Below, one piece after another: positions 8,894 through 18,458 of a DNA stretch of 64,000 nt. The stretch covers positions 97,452 through 161,451 of the forward strand of contig CAIMEL010000004.1 in assembly GCA_903840015.1 (NCBI GenBank), given 5' to 3'. The notes beneath the pieces were generated by a model. It saw nothing but the letters and a program-made list of their open reading frames with translations. It was not told the DNA's origin and ran no database searches. Numbering within the stretch: position 1 is the first letter of the stretch; every line of letters starts with the position of its first letter. The translations under genes and the position numbers were made by a program. The DNA comes from an uncultured bacterium (GTDB lineage: Bacteria; Patescibacteriota; Dojkabacteria; SC72).

Positions 8894-9784
8894 ATGCATG
8901 ACTCACATATCCATCTTGCTTTGGAGCCATTAAAATCAAACATCTCAGATGTCGTAAACTCATTTATTAAGGACAATGGGATATACATTTTAACACAGGG
9001 AACAGACCTCCTTGACTTCAATGAGACTCTGGAGATTGGATTGAAATATAATCAGACAGTACAGGTAGCCTTAGGTTTACATCCTACATATTTTGAGGAA
9101 AGCACAATACAAAAAGGCTATTTCAAGAATCTCTATGAAAAAAGTCTAAAACATCTTGATGAATTTGAATCCTTAGTACGAACAAACCACAAACTAATCT
9201 CTGCTATAGGGGAAACAGGATTAGACTATCATCAACTTTCACTAAACAAGACAATTTCTGCAGATATTAAAGCTCAAATAATAGAGATACAGAAATTAGG
9301 ATTTAGGAAACAATTAAATCTTGCAAAGGAATATAACCTTCCTCTCAGTATACATGCGAGAGATGAAAATGGCAGTAGCAGATGTGTCCAAGACGTTACA
9401 CAAATAGTTGCAGAGGAGGGTAGAGGACTCTTGAGAGGAAGTTTCCATAGCTATACAGGTAATCTAAAGTCACTGACAGATATTTTAGACTTAGGCTTCC
9501 ATATTGGATTTAATGCAATTATTACCTACAAAAGTGGAGAAGATGTTCGAGAGATATTGAGGAATACTCCTACAGATCGAATACTATTTGAAACAGATGG
9601 ACCATTTCTTCCTCCACAATCAGTAAGAAAAAACAAAAAGATCAAAGAAAAATTCGCTCAACCTTCACATATTAGAGAAATTCTCAACACGGCTGCAGAG
9701 ATTAAGAAGATAGATCCGAAAGATTTAGAGAAGATTACTGATGAAAATTACCAAAGTTTGTTTGCACCTACTCCGCAGAGTTAA
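8894..9784 (+). CDS. tatD: TatD-family metal-dependent hydrolase/DNase.
   Basis: The N-terminal DSHIHL metal-binding motif, HPT and internal H/E/D motifs are typical of the TatD amidohydrolase fold. Confidence 0.7.
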   Translation: MHDSHIHLALEPLKSNISDVVNSFIKDNGIYILTQGTDLLDFNETLEIGLKYNQTVQVALGLHPTYFEESTIQKGYFKNLYEKSLKHLDEFESLVRTNHKLISAIGETGLDYHQLSLNKTISADIKAQIIEIQKLGFRKQLNLAKEYNLPLSIHARDENGSSRCVQDVTQIVAEEGRGLLRGSFHSYTGNLKSLTDILDLGFHIGFNAIITYKSGEDVREILRNTPTDRILFETDGPFLPPQSVRKNKKIKEKFAQPSHIREILNTAAEIKKIDPKDLEKITDENYQSLFAPTPQS

Positions 9785-10469
9785 AGATACACACCCACTC
9801 TCCGTGTGGAGAATCTTTCAAATTATCTTCAAGCAACTGATCTCTAACTCCGGATATACTACCAAAATAGTGCTTCTCTCTTAGCTTGGAAATATCTCTT
9901 GCTAAGAAACAAGTAACATCTGGTGAAATAGTTTCAACAAGTTCCAACAAATCAAATAATCTATTTGGTGATTCATACACAACCAATGTGCTACCTAAAG
10001 ACAGATATTTTTCTAAAAGTTTAGTCTTTTTACTTGAGGTCTTAGGAAGAAATCCGAGAAAACAGAATTTGTCTGTAGGTAAACCGGAAACAGATAATGC
10101 AGCTACTATGGCAGAGGGGCCTGGAATTGGTATAACCTCATACTCTTGTGCTCTAAGTTCAGCGACCAACCTGTATCCAGGGTCAGATATCAGGGGAGTA
10201 CCGCAATCTGAAATGAGAGCAAGATCCAAACCCATATTCAATTTCTCAAGTATTTTAGCCATCATCATACTATGATTCTGATCTCTGTAAGAAACTAATG
10301 TAGAGGGGATATCGTATCTATCCAATAGTTTTCGTGATTCTCTAGTATCTTCAGCAAGAATGAAAGGGACTTTCTTTAAAGTTTCAACAGCACGCATCGT
10401 AATATCTTCCAGATTACCGATTGGAGTAGCAACTACATAGAGTTTTCCTTTATTCATCTTTGATATCAT
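9768..10469 (-). CDS. rsmI: 16S rRNA (cytidine1402-2'-O)-methyltransferase RsmI.
   Basis: The motif KGKLYVVATPIGNLEDITMRAVETLKKVPFILAEDTRESRKLL is the diagnostic tetrapyrrole-methylase-fold RsmI N-terminus. Confidence 0.85.
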   Translation of the reverse strand: MISKMNKGKLYVVATPIGNLEDITMRAVETLKKVPFILAEDTRESRKLLDRYDIPSTLVSYRDQNHSMMMAKILEKLNMGLDLALISDCGTPLISDPGYRLVAELRAQEYEVIPIPGPSAIVAALSVSGLPTDKFCFLGFLPKTSSKKTKLLEKYLSLGSTLVVYESPNRLFDLLELVETISPDVTCFLARDISKLREKHYFGSISGVRDQLLEDNLKDSPHGEWVCIFNSAE

Positions 10470-11187
10470 CTAAATTTAAAACACATTCCATTAAATCTAC
10501 TTTGTCTAGATCTTTTGAATTAACTGCTGAATTTACAGAAAACTTCCCAATCTGTTCCCTCCTCAGGGAAATTGCTGTTGCATAGCTATTTAGTTTCTTG
10601 CCTAAATCATCTATCAAAGTTCTAATGTAGGTACCTGTTGAACATCTAGCATGAAATGTAACTAAAGGCCAATCATATTTTAAGATTTGAAATTCACCGA
10701 TATTGATATCCTTCTTTTCTAAAATGACTTCCTTTCCCTCTCTAGCAAGAGTATATGCTTTTTGGCCATTGATCTTCTTTGCAGAGTAACTCGGTGGGAG
10801 CTGTGAGATTTTCCCTTTGAAATAATTCTCTATGACAGCTTCTATTTCAGATTGTGGGATGGGAGTTGAGGTCTCTGCTTTGGAAATTTTTGTTCCTGTA
10901 GAATCCTGTGTATCTGTAGCATATCCGAATTCACCTGTCACTATATATACTTTTTCCTCTTGATGAAACTTTTCCATTAATTTAGTTCCTCTACCAAGTA
11001 AAACTATTAAGAGTCCAGTGGCAAAGGGATCTAGAGTACCTGCATGACCGATTTTTTGTCCTTTGGGTAATATCTTTTTCAGTTTTCTAATTACATCATA
11101 TGATGTAATACCTTCCTCCTTGTCTATTAGCAAGATTCCATCTATCATATACTGTAAATTAATATTATCATTGATATGATACCACAA
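10450..11187 (-). CDS. truB: tRNA pseudouridine(55) synthase TruB.
   Basis: The motif GILLIDKEEGITSYDVIRKLKKIL...GHAGTLDPFATGLL matches the TruB catalytic Asp region. Confidence 0.85.
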   Translation of the reverse strand: MWYHINDNINLQYMIDGILLIDKEEGITSYDVIRKLKKILPKGQKIGHAGTLDPFATGLLIVLLGRGTKLMEKFHQEEKVYIVTGEFGYATDTQDSTGTKISKAETSTPIPQSEIEAVIENYFKGKISQLPPSYSAKKINGQKAYTLAREGKEVILEKKDINIGEFQILKYDWPLVTFHARCSTGTYIRTLIDDLGKKLNSYATAISLRREQIGKFSVNSAVNSKDLDKVDLMECVLNLDDIKDE

Positions 11188-11723
11188 TGTTAAACGGCAT
11201 TACCTTAGCAATTGTTATGATATTGATTCTACTTACTGCAGGTTTTGTTCTAACCGTTCTCATTAGTGCATTTTTAGTACCTCTGTTTAAAACTCCAAGA
11301 GATGTGTTAGAGGAGATAGTTACGATAATGGATTTAACAAAAAATGATGTTTTGGTTGATCTTGGAAGTGGAGATGGTAGATTAATATTACAAGCATATG
11401 AACAATCTAGGTGTAAATGTTTCGGGTATGATATCTCTCCTATGATGATGATACATGCAAATACAAACAAGAATTTAACTTTTCCCTTTACTAAAGATAT
11501 TGTATTCCAACCAGAAGATATCTTTAAAGTTAGTTTGAAAGATGCAACAAAGATCTATTGTTATCTTGAACCAAAGAGTTTAGATATATTGAAAACAAAA
11601 CTAAAAGAATTTGTAGAGAAGAAAGGAGAGATATTTAGTTACAAATATCCTATCGAAGGATTAAAGAACGGTAAAGAAATTATTCTCAGTAATGATGTCC
11701 CACTATATATCTACAGAGGGTAG
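11187..11723 (+). CDS. Membrane-anchored class I SAM-dependent methyltransferase-like protein.
   Basis: An N-terminal TM segment is followed by the methyltransferase motif I VLVDLGSGDGRL. Confidence 0.45.
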   Translation: MLNGITLAIVMILILLTAGFVLTVLISAFLVPLFKTPRDVLEEIVTIMDLTKNDVLVDLGSGDGRLILQAYEQSRCKCFGYDISPMMMIHANTNKNLTFPFTKDIVFQPEDIFKVSLKDATKIYCYLEPKSLDILKTKLKEFVEKKGEIFSYKYPIEGLKNGKEIILSNDVPLYIYRG

Positions 11724-11795
11724 AAGAGGGGAATAAATGTAATACTGAGAAACAGTAAACAGAGATTCCCCTCTTGGGTTCTACCGGAATGGGTA

Positions 11796-12134
11796 TTATT
11801 GCGCGAACAGGAAACTTGTTGACAGCCAAAAGGCTCCAAGCAGTGGTAGAAGAGTTAGTATAACAGCAACGATGCTGAGAAAATCTTTCTTCTCCTTCTT
11901 GGCAAGCTCCCAGAGCTCTATTGAGAAACTCAACAGAAAAACAAGGCATGTGGTGAACATAAAATTTGCATTCACGCCATCATTGACTCGTAGAACGAAA
12001 TACACAACGAGAACGATAGTATAAATAGCAAATTGAACATAGTTCAACTTCCTTTTCTGCGATACTCCTTGCACAAGGTTTATGTTGGCAAGCAAAAGCA
12101 TTGCCCCAAAGTACAGCAAATCTAATCCGTTCAT
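11796..12134 (-). CDS. Small hypothetical membrane protein with about 4 predicted TM helices. Its coding status is uncertain.
   Basis: The ORF translation is uniformly hydrophobic with four helix-length segments. No similarity was recognised. Confidence 0.25.
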   Translation of the reverse strand: MNGLDLLYFGAMLLLANINLVQGVSQKRKLNYVQFAIYTIVLVVYFVLRVNDGVNANFMFTTCLVFLLSFSIELWELAKKEKKDFLSIVAVILTLLPLLGAFWLSTSFLFAQ

Positions 12135-12336
12135 GTTATCTCCTTTTTTTGAATTTGGTAGAACCCAATATACCCTCGATTAAGAGAACATATTGGGTTA
12201 CCAAATTGAAAAGGAGTCCGGTAAAACTTTTAATGAGCAGTTTCCATATATCAATAGAAATTAATATACAGAGACACATATTATACTATAGGGCAAACAG
12301 AATCTCAACTCACTCTTAATACTGTATAATAACAAT

Positions 12337-13536
12337 ATGGCAATCTATGAACCCTTAGCATCAAAATACAGGCCCAAAACTTTGGATGACTTTGTTGGTC
12401 AAGAACACCTAATTGGTGAAAATGGTCCTCTTCGAAAATTCATTCAAAGTGGAAAAATTCCATCTATGATCTTCTGGGGTCCTCCGGGGACAGGAAAAAC
12501 AACATTAGCATATATACTCTCTTTAAATCTGTATTACGATTTCCATAAACTTCAAGCAGTGACAAGTGGGAAAGACACTTTGAGGAAGATAATAAAGATA
12601 GCGCTTGGGAATCAACAGTATGGCAAAAAGACAATACTCTTTCTTGATGAGATACATAGGTGGAACAAAGCACAACAGGATGCTCTTTTACCATACGTAG
12701 AGAAAGGTATCATAATACTCATTGGGGCTACAACAGAAAACCCATCATTTACAGTTAATAGTGCTTTACTCTCAAGAACAAAAGTATTTGTGTTCAAACA
12801 ACAGACAGAAGAAGATATATCCAAACTCTTAAAGAGAATAGCTAAGACAGAGTATCCTGACATTAAGATAGGGAAGAAGGGTTTTGAAATGATGGCAAAT
12901 CTTTCCAATGGAGATATTCGTTCTGGATTAAATATATTGGAAATGGCTACAACCTTAGCAGAAACAACCAAATCTAAAACCCTAACAGAGGAAACCATAA
13001 AAGAAACTATCCAGAAACCTGTATACTACGACAAAACAGGAGAGGAGCATTACAATATAATCTCTGCAATACACAAATCTATGAGATCTTCAAACCCTGA
13101 TGCCGCTAGTTATTGGGTCGGCAGAATGTTAAGTGGAGGGGAAGACCCACTTTACATAGCACGAAGATTGTTAAGATTTGCTAGCGAAGATATTGGGAAC
13201 GCAGATCCACAGGCGGTAATACTAGCTAATTCTGTATATGAAGCGTGCCAGAAGATTGGTATGCCTGAGTGTGAAATATTTCTCATACAGCTAACCATAT
13301 ATCTAGCAAAAGCTCCAAAAGACAACACTGCATATGTAGTAGAGCGTTTAGTCAAAGAAGATATTGAGAAATTTGGAAATCTACCAGTACCTTTAAATAT
13401 TCGAAATGCTGAAAGCGAATTAATGAGAGAAATAGGGTATGGTAAAGGATATGAGTACGATCATGATCTACCAAGCAAAAAATCTACCCAGCAATGTTTA
13501 CCTGACAAATTGAAAAATCGTAAATATATTAATTAA
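12337..13536 (+). CDS. rarA: Replication-associated recombination protein A (RarA/MgsA AAA+ ATPase).
   Basis: Contains Walker A GPPGTGKTTLAYIL and Walker B ILFLDEIHRWNKAQQD. The C-terminal motif WVGRMLSGGEDPLYIARRLLRFASEDIGNADPQA is characteristic of RarA. Confidence 0.9.
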   Translation: MAIYEPLASKYRPKTLDDFVGQEHLIGENGPLRKFIQSGKIPSMIFWGPPGTGKTTLAYILSLNLYYDFHKLQAVTSGKDTLRKIIKIALGNQQYGKKTILFLDEIHRWNKAQQDALLPYVEKGIIILIGATTENPSFTVNSALLSRTKVFVFKQQTEEDISKLLKRIAKTEYPDIKIGKKGFEMMANLSNGDIRSGLNILEMATTLAETTKSKTLTEETIKETIQKPVYYDKTGEEHYNIISAIHKSMRSSNPDAASYWVGRMLSGGEDPLYIARRLLRFASEDIGNADPQAVILANSVYEACQKIGMPECEIFLIQLTIYLAKAPKDNTAYVVERLVKEDIEKFGNLPVPLNIRNAESELMREIGYGKGYEYDHDLPSKKSTQQCLPDKLKNRKYIN

Positions 13537-13587
13537 ATTTTATCCGATGGCTGGAAAGTTACAAACAATATATATATAATACAAGGA

Positions 13588-14805
13588 ATGGAAATCAAAA
13601 CAGATAAAGAAATAATTGAGAGGATACTAGAAAAAGGGGTAGAACAGATTCTCCCTTCAAAGGAGAATTTTAAAGAACTTCTTGAATCAGGTAAACAGAT
13701 AAAAATGTACCAGGGTTTCGATCCTACAGCACCAACATTACATATAGGGCACACAGCGTTGCTACACAAGTTGGAAGATTTTAGAAAGCTTGGCCACAAG
13801 GTCTACATTGTCATCGGTGATTTCACTGCAAGAATAGGAGACCCAGATAAAAAATCAACAAGAAAACCTCTAACCAAAGAGGAAGTAGAGAGTAATATGA
13901 AGGTATATCGGGCACAAATAGGCAAGATACTTGATATAGACAATAAAGAGAATCCAGTGGAGTTTAGATACAATAGTGAATGGCTTGAGAAATTAAACTT
14001 TGCCGACATATTACATCTAACTTCCAAGTACACAGTACAACAGCTATTAAAAAGAGAGATGTTCCAGTTAAGACTTAAAGAAGACCGACCTATCTACCTA
14101 CATGAGTTTATGTACCCAGTTATGCAGGGATATGATTGTGTCATGCTAGATGTAGATTTGGAATTAGGTGGTAATGATCAACTATTCAATATGCTTGCAG
14201 GTAGATACCTCATGAATGTTCTCAAAGGTAAAGAAAAATATGTTATGACAGGCAAACTCTTAGAAACTCAAGATGGCTCCAAAATGGGTAAAACAACAGG
14301 AAATATGATTAGAATGGATGACACACCAGAAGATATATATGGAAAAGTTATGGCTTTCTCTGATGATATGATATTAAAAGGATTTGAAATACTAACCTTT
14401 TCTACAATGCCAGAATTAGATGAATACAAAGAACGCCTTGAGTCTGGTGAGAACCCAATGATTCTTAAAAAAGAATTAGCCTTTATGATAACCTCCGAGA
14501 TTACTACAAAAGCGGAGGCCCTAAAAGCCCAAAACTTTTTTGAATCTATCTTTCAGAACAAAGACCAAGAAACTGAAATTCCTGAGAATGTAATCTCAAA
14601 GAAAGAGATTCCGCTAAATGAATTGCTAGTAGAAATCAAATTCGCTTCAAGCAAAGCACAAGCGAAACGACTTGTGGAGCAAGGTGCTGTAAAAATAAAT
14701 AGTGAGAAAGTATCTCAGTACAACCAAGTACTGAATATAGATAACGACCAATCACTCATATTGAAGGTTGGGAAGAATATTTGCAAGATTACATATAAAT
14801 CTTAA
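13588..14805 (+). CDS. tyrS: Tyrosyl-tRNA synthetase.
   Basis: Has the class I HIGH-like motif PTLHIGHTAL and the KMSKS-like motif KMGKT. The C-terminal S4-like domain (LNELLVEIKFASSKAQAKRLVEQGAVKIN) distinguishes TyrRS from TrpRS. Confidence 0.8.
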   Translation: MEIKTDKEIIERILEKGVEQILPSKENFKELLESGKQIKMYQGFDPTAPTLHIGHTALLHKLEDFRKLGHKVYIVIGDFTARIGDPDKKSTRKPLTKEEVESNMKVYRAQIGKILDIDNKENPVEFRYNSEWLEKLNFADILHLTSKYTVQQLLKREMFQLRLKEDRPIYLHEFMYPVMQGYDCVMLDVDLELGGNDQLFNMLAGRYLMNVLKGKEKYVMTGKLLETQDGSKMGKTTGNMIRMDDTPEDIYGKVMAFSDDMILKGFEILTFSTMPELDEYKERLESGENPMILKKELAFMITSEITTKAEALKAQNFFESIFQNKDQETEIPENVISKKEIPLNELLVEIKFASSKAQAKRLVEQGAVKINSEKVSQYNQVLNIDNDQSLILKVGKNICKITYKS

Positions 14806-14859
14806 CTTCGGGGGATAATATATAAAATAATTAAACCCCCGAACAATGGGGTGTTTTAA

Positions 14860-16317
14860 ATGAACCAGATAGAGAGATTAGAAAATAGAATAATAAAAAT
14901 TGCTCCAAGGAGTTTCAAGTCAGATATTCAAAATGCCATTGCATATGGGAAAACTATCTACAAAAACAGAACCAGATACAATGGAGATCCGATGATTCTT
15001 CACACACTAAGTCTTGCAATTGAATTAGAGAAACTTCATTTAGATACAATCACCATTCTTGCAAGTATATTACATGAAGTAGAAATAGATGAAGAAACAG
15101 AGAAATATATAAAAGCTCACTTTGGGGATACTGTTCTCTACATCATCCGAGAAACTAAGAGGATTAAGGATATAACGAAAGCCCAGGATACAGATCCAGA
15201 GATAATAATAAAATACATATTAAACAGTTCTTCAGATTTGAGACCAATCATTCTTAAAATAGTAGATACCTTACAAGACATTCATACAATCAAAAACATT
15301 CCAGAAGAAGATAAAAAAGACACACTTAACAGGGCCCTCAACATATATTCTACCCTTGCTGAATATTTACATTTTACAGAGATAAAGAGAGAGATTGATG
15401 AATATGCTTTCAAAGAGCTTTTGCCTCTTGAATATCAGAGTATATCTCAGAAATTAGAAGAGATGGGAATCAATGAGAACTTGTATCGAAAATATGTTAA
15501 CAAATTAAAGCAAAATACAGAGAGTATAACTCCGAAGCCAAGAATTGAAGGTAGGATAAAAAGTAAATACAGTATCTACAAGAAACTTAAGAAGTATGAG
15601 AAAGAATGGATTAACCCAAAACTGGATAGCCTAAATGACCTTTTAGCTTTTAGATTAATAGTGAAAAATGTAGAAAGCTGCTACAAAGCAGTCGAGAAAC
15701 TGATGGACTCGTCAGATTTAAATTATGATAAATTTAGTGATTACATTTCAAACCCTAAAAAGAATGGCTATATGGCTATGCATTTCACACTAGTTTTTCC
15801 TGAAATAAACAATAGGGAGATAGAGATACAAGTCTTAACGGAAGAAATGCACCATACCAACACATACGGTTCAGCTTCACATATTGCGTACAAAGCAAGC
15901 CAATCAAGATATGCAAATCCTTCAAATGAATACAGTTGGGTAAAAGATATAAATGATCGACTTGAAGATTGTAAAAATCAATCAACAAGAGAAAAAGATA
16001 TCCCTCTAAAAGTAGATATCTTTCAAGAAGATATCTTTGTTCTAACACCAAAGATGAAAATCATTCCTCTACAGAAGGGAGACACTGTGTTAGACTTCGC
16101 GTACAAACTACACACAGCAATAGGTAATAGTGCATCATCAGCTAAAGTAAATGGACAACCCAAAAGTCTAGCACATATATTGCAAACGGGGGATGTAGTA
16201 GAGATTAAAACAGATAAAAACAAACAGTGTCAGAAAGAAAAGGCACTCAATTTCTCTAACTCAGAAAGGACAAAATCAAAGATAAAGAAGTTTTTAACAA
16301 GAAGCTTAAAAAAATAA
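14860..16317 (+). CDS. Short RelA/SpoT-homologue (p)ppGpp synthetase with HD-like, synthetase and TGS domains and no ACT/RRM domain.
   Basis: The HD-like region is ILHTLSLAIE...LASILHEVEID. The synthetase motifs RIKSKYSIYKKLKK, DLLAFRLIV, GYMAMHFT and EIQVLTEEMH are present. The TGS region is IFVLTPKMKIIPLQKGDTVLDFAYKLHTAIG. Confidence 0.75.
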   Translation: MNQIERLENRIIKIAPRSFKSDIQNAIAYGKTIYKNRTRYNGDPMILHTLSLAIELEKLHLDTITILASILHEVEIDEETEKYIKAHFGDTVLYIIRETKRIKDITKAQDTDPEIIIKYILNSSSDLRPIILKIVDTLQDIHTIKNIPEEDKKDTLNRALNIYSTLAEYLHFTEIKREIDEYAFKELLPLEYQSISQKLEEMGINENLYRKYVNKLKQNTESITPKPRIEGRIKSKYSIYKKLKKYEKEWINPKLDSLNDLLAFRLIVKNVESCYKAVEKLMDSSDLNYDKFSDYISNPKKNGYMAMHFTLVFPEINNREIEIQVLTEEMHHTNTYGSASHIAYKASQSRYANPSNEYSWVKDINDRLEDCKNQSTREKDIPLKVDIFQEDIFVLTPKMKIIPLQKGDTVLDFAYKLHTAIGNSASSAKVNGQPKSLAHILQTGDVVEIKTDKNKQCQKEKALNFSNSERTKSKIKKFLTRSLKK

Positions 16318-16454
16318 TTCAAAAGAGATAGAATATACAGTATGAAAAAAGAGACAAAGAAAAAAATTAACAACATAATAAATATAGCTATTGCTGTAAT
16401 ACTGCTAGGAAGTATAGTATTACCAATCCTGCTATCACTGTTCGTCAGATAGAC

Positions 16455-18458
16455 ATGATTCCATACAAAAAAAAGGATATCAGAGAAATAAAAGGAATAG
16501 GTGATAAACAAGCACTTCTATTTTCTAAATTAAAAATTTTTACTCTGAAGGACTTACTGTACCATATTCCCTTTAGGTATCTTGATACCTCTTCAATATC
16601 AAGTATCACTGAGTTTAAAGAGAGAGGAGAAGGAACCTTCCTAGCAAAGATAATCGATATTAAAACAACATATTTTCGTAAGACAATAACTACAGTAAAG
16701 GTAGAGGACGAAACTGATTCCCTTCGGTTGACATTCTTTAATCAAGGATATCTACAAAAAACCTTGAAGAAAGAAGATCTCTATCTTTTCAATGCGAAGA
16801 TAACTACTAAGGGAAACAGAAAAAATATCTACAATCCGAAGTTTGAAATATTTAAATATGATCCAAGTGAACAGTTGCATATTGGTAAGATGATAGGAGT
16901 ATACCCCGAAACTAAGGGTTTAACATCACGAACAATAAGGTCACGAATTAAGCATTTAGAAAAAGATATCACTGATATCCTTATGGACCCTTTAGCAAAG
17001 AATGACTTAGAGGAACTCGCAATAATTCCACTTCCCGAAGCTATCAAAAAAATACATTTTCCCAACTCAGAAGATGATATTACTTCCGCGAGAGAAAGAC
17101 TTGCTTTTGATGAGATGCTACAAATAGCGATCAGAATTGAGCAGAAACTATCGGAGAGACGCAAACAGAAAGCAAATCCTATACATATTGAAAGTAAATA
17201 TTTAAACAAATACATTAAGGGATTACCCTTTAAGCTTACGGGTGATCAGAACCTTGCCATCGAAGAGATACTTGCAGATCTCTCCAGAGATATCCCTATG
17301 AATAGGCTTCTCAATGGAGATGTAGGTAGTGGTAAAACTGTAGTAGCTTCAATAGCCATATTGAATAGTATAAAAAATGGATATTCTTGCATACTTCTCG
17401 CCCCTACAACTGTCTTAGCAAAACAACATTACGATACATTCAAGAAACTTTTCCAAGGAGAAAGAATTTCAATTGAATTATGTATTTCCTCAGAAAAAAC
17501 CATTAGTCAAGCGAATAACAAACTAATCATAGGCACACATGCGGTTTTAGAAGAAAAAATACTACCTAAAGACCTAAATCTTGTCATTATCGATGAACAA
17601 CATAGATTTGGGGTAGAACAGAGAGAATATTTCAAAAAAGATACCATTACCTCCCCTCATTACCTAACAATGACAGCAACCCCAATACCAAGAACATTAA
17701 CAGAGATATTCTTTGGGAGTATGGATGTATCTGAGATTAAAGAAAAACCAGCCGAGCGTAAAGTTGTTAAAACATTCTTTACTCCTCTAACAAAAAGAAA
17801 CAGCTGTTTAGAATGGACACGAGAAAAAATTTTGGAAAGTCAAAAAAGTGAACAGGCGTTCATCATATACCCCTTGATTGAGGAATCTGAATTAAGTTCC
17901 TCCAAATCCATTTTGAATGAATTTGAGAAATTAAGAGAAATATTCAAAGGATTAAAGATAGAGTATTTACATGGGAGATTAAAACCAGAATTAAAAGATG
18001 ATATTTTGAACAAATTTAGAAAGAAAGAAATTGATGTCTTAGTTTCGACAACAGTCATAGAGGTAGGTATAGATATTCCAGATGCTACCATTATGATAAT
18101 TGAGGATGCCGAGAGGTTTGGATTGGCACAACTCCACCAGTTGAGAGGCAGAGTAGGGAGAAGTAACAAAGAATCGTTCTGCTTTGTCATAGCAGGAGAA
18201 TCTGTAGAGAAGGATTCAGAGGCTGAGAAAAGATTAATTTACTTCTCAAAAAACAGTAGTGGCTTTGATGTTGCAGAGTATGATCTAAAACACCGAGGGC
18301 CAGGGGAGGTATATGGTACTGCACAATCAGGTATTCCAAACTTCAAAGTCGCAAATCTTTTTGATACAAAACTCCTGAAGAAAACGAGGCTGTTTGCAAA
18401 AAAGCTTCTTAAGGAAGATAATGATCCGAAAGATATATTAGAGAATCTCTTTAGATGA
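16455..18458 (+). CDS. recG: ATP-dependent DNA helicase RecG.
   Basis: Contains the helicase motifs DVGSGKTVVA, DEQHRFGV and QLRGRVGRS, and has an N-terminal wedge/OB region. Length is 667 aa. Confidence 0.85.
   Translation: MIPYKKKDIREIKGIGDKQALLFSKLKIFTLKDLLYHIPFRYLDTSSISSITEFKERGEGTFLAKIIDIKTTYFRKTITTVKVEDETDSLRLTFFNQGYLQKTLKKEDLYLFNAKITTKGNRKNIYNPKFEIFKYDPSEQLHIGKMIGVYPETKGLTSRTIRSRIKHLEKDITDILMDPLAKNDLEELAIIPLPEAIKKIHFPNSEDDITSARERLAFDEMLQIAIRIEQKLSERRKQKANPIHIESKYLNKYIKGLPFKLTGDQNLAIEEILADLSRDIPMNRLLNGDVGSGKTVVASIAILNSIKNGYSCILLAPTTVLAKQHYDTFKKLFQGERISIELCISSEKTISQANNKLIIGTHAVLEEKILPKDLNLVIIDEQHRFGVEQREYFKKDTITSPHYLTMTATPIPRTLTEIFFGSMDVSEIKEKPAERKVVKTFFTPLTKRNSCLEWTREKILESQKSEQAFIIYPLIEESELSSSKSILNEFEKLREIFKGLKIEYLHGRLKPELKDDILNKFRKKEIDVLVSTTVIEVGIDIPDATIMIIEDAERFGLAQLHQLRGRVGRSNKESFCFVIAGESVEKDSEAEKRLIYFSKNSSGFDVAEYDLKHRGPGEVYGTAQSGIPNFKVANLFDTKLLKKTRLFAKKLLKEDNDPKDILENLFR

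Noticed and set aside
12213-12310. RNase P RNA-like fragments, GGAGTCCGG and CTATAGGGCAAACAGAA, on the plus strand upstream of rarA.
   Set aside because: They resemble the P4/CR-I consensus (GGAAAGTCCGGGC ... ATAGGGCA ... ACAGAACCCGG). However, the two halves are only ~80 nt apart and the matches are partial. The available non-coding space (~200 nt) is too small for an RNase P RNA, so this is probably coincidental.
12101-12319. The 72-aa plus-strand ORF in the rarA upstream region.
   Set aside because: It overlaps the candidate small-membrane-protein gene and the hairpin region. It has no motif and an unusual composition, so it is judged spurious.
14807-14853. The hairpin TTCGGGGG...CCCCCGAA after tyrS.
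   Set aside because: It has an 8-bp GC-rich stem but a 31-nt loop and no following U-tract, so it is not a convincing intrinsic terminator. It might be a protein-binding site, but there is no supporting evidence.
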